From the NCBI GenBank assembly GCA_043779265.1, contig JAYWEM010000034.1, positions 1 to 13,159 on the forward strand: a DNA stretch of 13,159 nt, in the 5' to 3' direction. Both the position numbers and the translations under genes were made by a program. The notes beneath the pieces were generated by a model that saw nothing but the letters and a program-made list of their open reading frames with translations, was not told where the DNA came from and searched no databases. Shown piece by piece: positions 6,556 to 13,159 of the stretch (position 1 is the first letter of the stretch; each line of letters starts with the position of its first letter). This DNA comes from a bacterium. Lineage in GTDB: Bacteria; Eisenbacteria; RBG-16-71-46.

Positions 6556-8942
6556 GCCCTCGCCCTCTCCCCGACCAGCAGACGGAGTCCATTCAAGATA
6601 ACGAGCACGGTCGAGCCCTCATGTCCGGAGACGGCGATGGGCAGGCTGAGCGCGCCGAACGGTGTGTGCGCGCCCAGGAACACCCAGATGACGAGCAACA
6701 CCATGACGCCCGTCGCGATGATGAGATTCTGGGCCACCACTGTCCTCGCTCGCTTGGCGAGACGCACGGCGTAGGGCAGCGCGGTCAGATCGTCGGCCAT
6801 CAGCACGACATCGGCGCTCTCCATCGCCGCATCGCTGCCGATGCCGCCCATCGCGATGCCGACACTGGCGCGCGCAAGCGCGGGCGCATCGTTGACGCCA
6901 TCGCCGAGCATCGCCACGTGGCCGTACTTCTCCTCGAGTTCGGCGATCACCCGCACCTTGTCCTCGGGCAACAGCTGGCCATGGTGCTCATCGACGCCGG
7001 TGCGGGCCGCGATCGAGGCCACCGTGGGGATGCTGTCGCCCGAGAGCAGCGCCACGCGCTGCACGCCCAGCGTTCGGATGGTCGCGACCACCGCGGCTGC
7101 TGTCGGACGAAGCTGGTCGGCCGCCGCGATCACGCCCCAGCGACCCAGGTGGTGCACGATCATCGCCGTGCGAGCTTCGCGGCTCGCTTCGAGCACGTGC
7201 GCGCGCGCGGCCTCGGGTGCGGGTCGGCCGAGCGACTCGAACAGCTCCGGTGTCCCGATCTCGATCGACTCTCCTCGCTGCACCGCGACCAGCCCCTTGC
7301 CGAGATGATTGGTGAGCAGCTCGGCCGCTTCGACCTCGACGCCCTTGGCCTCGGCAGCACGGACGACCGCCTGGGCGAGCGGATGCGGCGAGCGCTTCTC
7401 GGCGGCGGCGGCGACACGGAGCAACTCGCGCTCGTCCCAGCCTTCGAGCGCGAGGACATCGGTCACCTCGAAGCGCCCGCGCGTCAGCGTGCCGGTCTTG
7501 TCGAACGCCACGACCTTCACCTGCGCCAGCGCCTCGAGGAACCGGCCGCCCTTGAACAGGATGCCGTTGCGTGCGGCGTTGGCGATCGCCGAGAGCACCG
7601 AGGCCGGCGTCGCGATCACCAGCGCGCAGGGCGAGGCCACCACCAGCAGCGTCATCGCCCGATAGAGCGACTCCTTCCACGGGCTGCCCAGCAGAAGCGG
7701 CGGGATGAACAGCATGAGCCCGGCCGCGACCATGACGACGACGGTGTAGTAGCGGCCCACCCACTCGGCCATCTCCTCGGTCTTCGACTTCTGCTCCTGC
7801 GCCTCCTCGACCAAGGAGACGATGCGTGCGAGCGCGCTGTTGGCGGCGACGCGCGTGGCCAGCATCTCGAGTGCGCCCTGCTGATTGAGTGTGCCTGCGA
7901 ACAGCTTGTCGCCGAGCGCCTTGGTGACCGGCACCGACTCGCCGGTGAGGCTCGACTGATCGACCAACGAAACGCCGAGCGAGACCGTGCCGTCCACCGG
8001 GATCGCCTCGCCCGGCTTGACGATGACCGTCTCGCCGACGCGAACCGAATCGGCCCCCACCTCGACCTCGCGACCCGCTCGACGCACGAGGGCGCGCTGT
8101 GGCCGCAGCTCGAGCAGCGCATGCAGCGCACGCCGCGTGCGGCCCATCGTGTAGACCTCGAGCGTGTTGCTCAGCGAGAACAGGAACATCAGCACCGCCG
8201 CCTCGTGCACGTACCCGATCGCCGTGGCGCCGATGGCGGCGAGCAGCATGAGCAGGTTCACGTCGAACCGGCCCTTGGCGAGGGCGGCGATCGTGCTGCG
8301 AGCGGTGAACCAGCCACCACTGATCGCCGAGATGATCATGAGGGACGTCCAACTCCACTCGGGACCACCGCGCCACTCCACGAGCATGCCCGCCACCAGG
8401 GCGACCAGGCAGAGCACGGTGAGCGAGGCCATCGTCCGGCCATCGGAGCGCTCCTCCTGCTCGGCGTGCGTCATGCGCGCGCCCCAGGGCTTCTCGCTCA
8501 GCGGGCGGACCACCTCGACGGCATCGTCGGCGACGTCGTGGCGCGCCAGGCGCACACGGCCGGGCGTGGCGCTCGCGGTGAACTCGCGGAGGTCCTCGGG
8601 GTGCAATCGGCCCAGCCGCAGGGCGCACTCCGAGCAGGCGTCCACCGAGTCGCGCCGCTCGCATGACGTGACGCGCTGGGCGAACAGCGAGCCGATGTCA
8701 TCGGCGAGCTCGTTCAACGCATCGGGCGTCAGGTGGGTCGGCCGATAGCGCACCGTGAGCGTGCTGCTGCGGAAGTCGGCCTCGATCGCGACGACGCCGC
8801 GCTCCTCGCGGACCCGGTCGGCGAGGAGCTCGAGACAGCCGTCGCCCGAGGGGGCGATCGGCAGGTGCTCGGGTGCCAAGGCCACCTCTCCGTTGCCGCG
8901 GCCATGTGCGCCGCCCTGATGCCGATGGGGATGGAGGTTCAC
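6552..8942 (-). CDS. Heavy-metal-translocating P1B-type ATPase, P1B-4 subgroup signature (Co2+/Fe2+/Zn2+ export type)
   Basis: SLTGES (actuator), transmembrane SPC in VVASPCALVIATP, DKTGTLT phosphorylation site, SPHPLA, GDGVNDAPALA, and HEGST in the last helix. Start taken as GTG at 8942 because of the promoter-like motif 6 nt upstream; the in-frame ATG at 8969 is the alternative. Confidence 0.93.
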   Translation of the reverse strand: MNLHPHRHQGGAHGRGNGEVALAPEHLPIAPSGDGCLELLADRVREERGVVAIEADFRSSTLTVRYRPTHLTPDALNELADDIGSLFAQRVTSCERRDSVDACSECALRLGRLHPEDLREFTASATPGRVRLARHDVADDAVEVVRPLSEKPWGARMTHAEQEERSDGRTMASLTVLCLVALVAGMLVEWRGGPEWSWTSLMIISAISGGWFTARSTIAALAKGRFDVNLLMLLAAIGATAIGYVHEAAVLMFLFSLSNTLEVYTMGRTRRALHALLELRPQRALVRRAGREVEVGADSVRVGETVIVKPGEAIPVDGTVSLGVSLVDQSSLTGESVPVTKALGDKLFAGTLNQQGALEMLATRVAANSALARIVSLVEEAQEQKSKTEEMAEWVGRYYTVVVMVAAGLMLFIPPLLLGSPWKESLYRAMTLLVVASPCALVIATPASVLSAIANAARNGILFKGGRFLEALAQVKVVAFDKTGTLTRGRFEVTDVLALEGWDERELLRVAAAAEKRSPHPLAQAVVRAAEAKGVEVEAAELLTNHLGKGLVAVQRGESIEIGTPELFESLGRPAPEAARAHVLEASREARTAMIVHHLGRWGVIAAADQLRPTAAAVVATIRTLGVQRVALLSGDSIPTVASIAARTGVDEHHGQLLPEDKVRVIAELEEKYGHVAMLGDGVNDAPALARASVGIAMGGIGSDAAMESADVVLMADDLTALPYAVRLAKRARTVVAQNLIIATGVMVLLVIWVFLGAHTPFGALSLPIAVSGHEGSTVLVILNGLRLLVGERARA

Positions 8943-8948
8943 CGGAGC

Positions 8949-8954
8949 AGAATA
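8949..8954 (-). promoter_or_regulatory. Putative -10 element of a leaderless promoter for the ATPase-lipoprotein unit
   Basis: Minus strand TATTCT (8954-8949), 6 nt (GCTCCG), then in-frame GTG at 8942. No convincing -35 or Shine-Dalgarno sequence. Confidence 0.45.
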
Positions 8955-8995
8955 CACCGAGGGGCGCATCCGACCGAGAGGCGTCCGGAGCCGCG

Positions 8996-9337
8996 CTACT
9001 TGGCCACGACCCTCGCGGTGAACTCGTCGCCGGCCTGTTCGATCGCCGCGACGAGCGTCGAGTCGGGCACGTCGCGACTCACGACGACGTAGGCGCGCTT
9101 CATGCCATGGCGGACCTCGCTCGCATGAACACCGTCGATCAGCGCCAGCTCGCCTGCGATGCCCTTCTCACAGGACTCGCACATCATGCCGCCCACTTCG
9201 ATCGTGACGATGCGCTGGTCCGCCCGAGCGGCGAGGTGATGCGCCTGCGGGAGCGAGCGCATCTGCCGGTAGAACCACGGGCCGCCGATGCCGGCGAGCA
9301 ACAGCGATGCGATGAGGACCACACGATCGAGCTTCAT
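8996..9337 (-). CDS. Heavy-metal-associated (HMA) domain protein with an N-terminal membrane anchor or signal, 113 aa (CopZ/MerP-like domain)
   Basis: MKLDR-VVLIASLLLAGIGGPWFY hydrophobic segment, then VTIEVGGMMCESCEKGIAGELALIDGV...LVAAIEQAG, i.e. GMxCxxC and a typical HMA pattern. The upstream 75 codons of the 188 aa track ORF overlap tldD and lack family similarity. Confidence 0.88.
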   Translation of the reverse strand: MKLDRVVLIASLLLAGIGGPWFYRQMRSLPQAHHLAARADQRIVTIEVGGMMCESCEKGIAGELALIDGVHASEVRHGMKRAYVVVSRDVPDSTLVAAIEQAGDEFTARVVAK

Positions 9338-9343
9338 GGCGCG

Positions 9344-9349
9344 ACCATA
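9344..9349 (-). promoter_or_regulatory. Putative -10 element of a leaderless promoter for the HMA gene
   Basis: Minus strand TATGGT (9349-9344), 6 nt (CGCGCC), then ATG at 9337. No Shine-Dalgarno sequence. Confidence 0.55.
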
Positions 9350-9448
9350 GCCAACCTGTGGCATGCCCGCCACGCACAACGCTGGCGCCTTGGCAGCCCC
9401 ACGCGTAACGTGCCGAGGCCCGTCCCACCACCCGACCAGGAAGGTCCC

Positions 9449-10888
9449 ATGCCCGCCCCCGAGGCCACGCTCTCGCAGTCCCTGCCGCGCGAACTCGTCG
9501 CCGAGTTGCTCGCGATCGCGCGCGCCCATGGCGCCGAGTTCGCCGATGTCTATGGCGAGCACGCGGTCCTGACCTCGTTCTCACTCGAAGAGGGCAAGCT
9601 CAAGCAGGGCACCTACTCGGTGCTGCAGGGCGTCGGCGTGCGCGCCATCAAGGGCGATCAGACGGGCTACGCCTATGCCGATGGCTTCTCGCCCGCCTCG
9701 CTTCGCGAGGCCGCACAGGTCGCCGCGAGGATCGCGCGCGAGGCCCCGAGCGCCGCATCGGGCCCGCCGATCGCCTTCCGCGTCGCCGAGGGCAAGGCGC
9801 CCTTCACGCTGCACACACCAGCGGCGCGCCACCTCGATGAGGCCGCCAAGGTCGCGCTGGTCCGGCGCGCGGATGTCGCGGCGCGTTCGCACGATGCGCG
9901 CGTCGCCGAGGTCAGCGTGTCGTTCGCCACGTCGGCCAAGCAGTTCGTGATCGCCAACAGCGATGGCCTGTGGGCGGAGGACCGCGCCGATCTGTCGCGC
10001 CTCGTGGTGAGCGCGCTCGCGCTCGAGGGCGACGAGCGCCAGGAGGGCTTCGCTGCGGCGGGCGGCTGCGTCGAGGCCGGCTACTTCGACAGCGAGCGCT
10101 CGCCCGAGACCGTGGCGGCCGAGGCCGCGGCGAGTGCGGTGCTGCTGCTCTCGGCGCGCGAACCCGAGGGCGGACGTCACCCGGTCGTCGTCTCCAATGG
10201 CTGGGGCGGCGTGATGGTGCACGAGTGCTTCGGCCACAGCATGGAGGGCGACACGATCCGCAAGGGCAGCTCGATCCGCGCCACGCAGCTCGGGGCTCAG
10301 GTGGCAGCCAAGGGCGTCACCATCGTGGACTCGGGGCTGATCCCCTACTCGCGCGGCTCCTATCGCGTCGATGACGAGGGCACCGCGGCTCAGCGCACCG
10401 TGCTCGTCGAGGACGGCGTGCTGGTCGGCTACCTGTGGGACCTGCTCAACGCGCGCCTGACCGGCAACGCACCGACCGGCAACGGCCGCCGCGCCAGCTA
10501 CCGCGACTACCCGCTGTGCCGCATGACCAACACCTACATCGAGCCGGGCCCCGATCGCCCGGAAGCGTTGATCGAGTCGGTCCCTCGCGGCCTCTACTGC
10601 AAGCGCCTGGGCGGCGGCTCGGTGAATCCGGCCGATGGCAACTTCTCGTTCCAGGTCACCGAGGCGTGGCAGATCGAGAACGGCAAGCTGACGCATCCGG
10701 TCCGCAACGCGACGCTGGCCGGCAATGGCAATGACGCGATGCTCTACATCGACGGCATCGCCTCGGATCTCGAGATCGACGGCACGACCGGGTCGTGCGG
10801 CAAGGATGGCCAGTGGAAGCCCGTGGGCGTGGGGCAGCCGACGCTGCGCTTCTCGGGCATCACGGTCGGCGGAACGGCGGTCGCATGA
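9449..10888 (+). CDS. tldD: TldD metalloprotease (catalytic subunit of TldD/TldE), 479 aa
   Basis: AGGAAGG ribosome-binding site at 9438-9444 before ATG 9449. GVGVRAIKGDQTGYAY, GVMVHECFGHSMEGD (HExxxH), DDEGTAAQRTVLVEDGVL, TGNGRRASY...RMTNTY, GGGSVNPADGNFSF, and C-terminal GSCGKDGQWKPVGVGQPTL with the metal-ligand Cys. Confidence 0.94.
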   Translation: MPAPEATLSQSLPRELVAELLAIARAHGAEFADVYGEHAVLTSFSLEEGKLKQGTYSVLQGVGVRAIKGDQTGYAYADGFSPASLREAAQVAARIAREAPSAASGPPIAFRVAEGKAPFTLHTPAARHLDEAAKVALVRRADVAARSHDARVAEVSVSFATSAKQFVIANSDGLWAEDRADLSRLVVSALALEGDERQEGFAAAGGCVEAGYFDSERSPETVAAEAAASAVLLLSAREPEGGRHPVVVSNGWGGVMVHECFGHSMEGDTIRKGSSIRATQLGAQVAAKGVTIVDSGLIPYSRGSYRVDDEGTAAQRTVLVEDGVLVGYLWDLLNARLTGNAPTGNGRRASYRDYPLCRMTNTYIEPGPDRPEALIESVPRGLYCKRLGGGSVNPADGNFSFQVTEAWQIENGKLTHPVRNATLAGNGNDAMLYIDGIASDLEIDGTTGSCGKDGQWKPVGVGQPTLRFSGITVGGTAVA

Positions 10889-12252
10889 GCGTGCCCCGCA
10901 CCCCCGCCGGCTTGCAGGCGCTGACCCAGCAGGCCGTCTCGCTGGCGCGCGCCGCCGGAGCCGATGTCGCCGACGCCTGCGCCGAGGCCTCGCGCGCGTT
11001 CACCGTGCGCGTGCATGGCGGCGGCATCGAGAGCCTCAAGCAGAGCGGCACGCTGGGGATCGGCGTGCGCGCCATCGTCGGAGGCGCGGTCGGATTCGCG
11101 AGCGGCACCGACACGACGCCCGAAGGGCTCGAGGACCTGGCGCGCCGTGCCGTCTCGCTCGCACACTTCGCGACGCCCGACGAGGCGCAGGGTGCGCCCA
11201 CGCTCGAGGAATCGGGCGAGGCCCTGGGCGATGACCTCGAGCTGTACGACGAGGCCTCGGCGGGACTCGGCGCCGAGCGCAAGATCGAGATGGCGCTCGA
11301 ACTCGAGCGCATCACGCTCGCTCACGACCCGCGCGTGACGCGGTGCGATGGCTCGGCGGTCTCGAGTGCGCAGGGCACGTTCGCGATCGCGAACTCGCAC
11401 GGCCTGTCGCGGGCGTGGCAGGGCACCAGCGTGAATGCGTGGGTGGTGGCGCTGGCCCAGGACGGCCCCAAGCAGCAGAGCGGCGTACACGGCATCTCGC
11501 GTCGCTTCCTCGCCGACATGCCGAGCATGGAGTCGATCGCGCGCGAGGCCGCTCGCCGCGCGGCGGCACGGGTCGGGGCGCGCACCGTGCCCACCGCACG
11601 CGTGCCGGTCGTGATGCATCCCGACATCGCCGCCTCCTGGCTGGCCCAGATGTACGACGCGATGACCGGGGAGGCGGTGCTCCAGAAGCGCTCGTGGCTC
11701 GAGGGCAAGGTCGGGGCGGTGATCGCCTCGAATCTGGTGAACATCATCGACGATGGTCGGATGCGCCGCGGCCTCGGGACCTCGCCCTACGATGGCGAGG
11801 GCGCCCCGACCCGTCGCAGCGTGCTGGTCGATGCCGGGATCTTCCGCGGGTTCGCCTACGACCACTATCACGCGCGCCGCGCCGGCGTGCGCAGCACGGG
11901 CAATGGTTCGCGCGGCTTCGCCTCGACCCCGGGCGTCGGCTATCACAACCTGTGCATCGCACGAGGCGCCACGCCGGTTGACGAGCTGATCCGAAGGGTC
12001 GATCGCGGTTTCTACTACGACGACTCGGGCTCGTTCGGATTCAACTCGGTGACGGGTGACTACTCGTTCCAGGCGCAGGGCATGTGGATCGAGAAGGGCG
12101 AGAAGGCCTACCCGGTCGACGGCATCACGGTGGCGGGCAACACGCTCCAGATGCTGCGCGACATCGCGGCGGTCGGCGACGACCTCGAGTGGAGGGCCTC
12201 GGTCGCCTCGCCCACGCTGCTCATCTCGGAGATGACGGTCAGCGGCAGTTGA
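10885..12252 (+). CDS. pmbA: TldE/PmbA family protein (non-catalytic partner), 455 aa
   Basis: ATG overlaps the tldD stop (ATGA, 10885-10888). AIANSHG, SWLEGKVG..IAS, PYDGEGAPT, STGNGSR, NSVTGDYSFQAQGMWIEKGE...VDGITVAGN, SPTLLISEMTVSG. Lacks HExxxH, as expected for TldE. Confidence 0.92.
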   Translation: MSVPRTPAGLQALTQQAVSLARAAGADVADACAEASRAFTVRVHGGGIESLKQSGTLGIGVRAIVGGAVGFASGTDTTPEGLEDLARRAVSLAHFATPDEAQGAPTLEESGEALGDDLELYDEASAGLGAERKIEMALELERITLAHDPRVTRCDGSAVSSAQGTFAIANSHGLSRAWQGTSVNAWVVALAQDGPKQQSGVHGISRRFLADMPSMESIAREAARRAAARVGARTVPTARVPVVMHPDIAASWLAQMYDAMTGEAVLQKRSWLEGKVGAVIASNLVNIIDDGRMRRGLGTSPYDGEGAPTRRSVLVDAGIFRGFAYDHYHARRAGVRSTGNGSRGFASTPGVGYHNLCIARGATPVDELIRRVDRGFYYDDSGSFGFNSVTGDYSFQAQGMWIEKGEKAYPVDGITVAGNTLQMLRDIAAVGDDLEWRASVASPTLLISEMTVSGS

Positions 12253-12276
12253 GCCGGCGTGCGGTTCGAGGCGCGA

Positions 12277-13159
12277 TCAGCTGTTGCGGTAGGTGCTGAC
12301 GAGCGCGACCGAGCGGCGAGCGGTCGGCGCAACCGGCTTGGCGTGTCCGAGCCGCACCATCAGCACCGGCTCCTCGTCGGCGCCGGCACCGAATCGCGCC
12401 AGTAGCGCGTCGCGATGCTTGGGCGACTCGATCGGGCCGGTGAGCGGCTGCTGCGCGATGCCGAGGATCGAGGCCTTGAGCGCCAGGCGCTCGTAGCTCT
12501 GGCCGGCGAGCAGCCAGCGGGCATCGCCCGCTCGCGCACGCGTCGTGATCAGCAGCAGCGCCCCGGACGAACGCACGCGCTCGCGCGTCTCTCGAGCGAC
12601 GCTGGTCGCCGCCCAGCCATGCAGCCAGGCACCGGGGCTGTTCGCCCGGCCGGCCATCCAACGCGCCACGCCATCGATCCCGAGACGTTCGAGCGCCACG
12701 CCATCGCCGCGACGCCGCGTGTCGCCATCATCGCCGCGCATCCAGCGTTCGCGCTCCGAGGCCACCGCCGGATCGTCGGCCAGCGCGACGGACGACTCGT
12801 GGCACAGATCGGCGATCCGGCGGATGCCGCTTCGGTCATCCACCCAGTGGAGGTTCACGCCTTCGAACACCTGGGCCTGGAGTTGGGTGCGGCTCTGCAG
12901 CGTGATGGCGCGCCCATCGAACTCGCGCGGATTGCTGCGGCGATCCGCCAGAGCGCCGAACAACAGCCGGTCGCGAGCGGGGCCGCCCGCCTGCCAGCGA
13001 ACCGAGGCCGCGACGAGCGGGGCGCTGCGGCGCTGGGTCATACCCCAGGGCAGATGCTGGACGACCGGCTGCAGGCCATAGGCTCTCGCGGCGACGAGCA
13101 GGTTCTCGAGCGAGGCGCCGAGCGAGACATGGGCGAAGCGCTGGTCGGGGTCGGCGACC
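12277..13159 (-). CDS. Acg-family FMN-binding oxidoreductase (nitroreductase superfamily), 5' end beyond the right edge
   Basis: The frame stays open upstream of the track's ATG 13041 to the window edge: VADPDQRFAHVSLGASLENLLVAARAYG (Acg-like DP..R...S.GA.LEN), then RRSNPREF, W.LAGQSYERLALKASILGIAQQPL..PIE and LMVRLGH.....PTARR. Confidence 0.85.
   Translation of the reverse strand, partial: VADPDQRFAHVSLGASLENLLVAARAYGLQPVVQHLPWGMTQRRSAPLVAASVRWQAGGPARDRLLFGALADRRSNPREFDGRAITLQSRTQLQAQVFEGVNLHWVDDRSGIRRIADLCHESSVALADDPAVASERERWMRGDDGDTRRRGDGVALERLGIDGVARWMAGRANSPGAWLHGWAATSVARETRERVRSSGALLLITTRARAGDARWLLAGQSYERLALKASILGIAQQPLTGPIESPKHRDALLARFGAGADEEPVLMVRLGHAKPVAPTARRSVALVSTYRNS

Noticed and set aside
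4676..6774. 638 aa (minus) and 479 aa (plus) ORFs spanning several genes
   Set aside because: Arg/Ala/Gly-rich off-frame or antisense translations that overlap better-supported CDSs.
6621..8666. 681 aa plus-strand ORF and 558 aa alternative-frame minus ORF
   Set aside because: Shadow frames of the P-type ATPase.
8873..9448. 192 aa N-terminal extension of TldD in the ORF track (671 aa), suggesting a fusion
   Set aside because: It is antisense to the HMA gene and the ATPase start. TldD similarity and a ribosome-binding site begin at ATG 9449.
9581..11946. 371 aa and 400 aa minus-strand ORFs
   Set aside because: Antisense shadows of tldD and tldE.
13039..13041. ATG 13041 as the start of the nitroreductase-like gene
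   Set aside because: The frame remains open to the window edge and the upstream codons encode a conserved Acg-family segment.

Overview
A 13.2 kb gene-dense, very GC-rich (about 70% by eye) bacterial chromosomal window, probably from a diderm organism given the RND/MFP pump. Ten protein genes, left to right: a partial arginase (minus strand, runs off the left edge, absent from the ORF track); a divergent, translationally coupled RND efflux pair (MFP lipoprotein and HAE1/AcrB-type permease, no outer-membrane factor); a secreted DUF1080/ConA-like protein; a minus-strand metal-handling trio (membrane-anchored HMA protein, P1B-4-type heavy-metal ATPase with an atypical His/Cys-rich N-terminus, and a coupled lipoprotein with a Gmad2-like C-terminal domain); a divergent, coupled TldD/TldE(PmbA) metalloprotease pair; and a convergent, partial Acg-family FMN nitroreductase-like gene running off the right edge. 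I saw no mobile element, CRISPR array, rRNA or tRNA. Best leads: (i) the HMA/P1B-4 ATPase/lipoprotein module back-to-back with tldDE, (ii) a recurring TAnnnT-N6/7-start leaderless promoter architecture on four genes, and (iii) a foldable ~85 nt element between the arginase and RND promoters. All calls come from manual motif reading without database searches, so novelty is not established.
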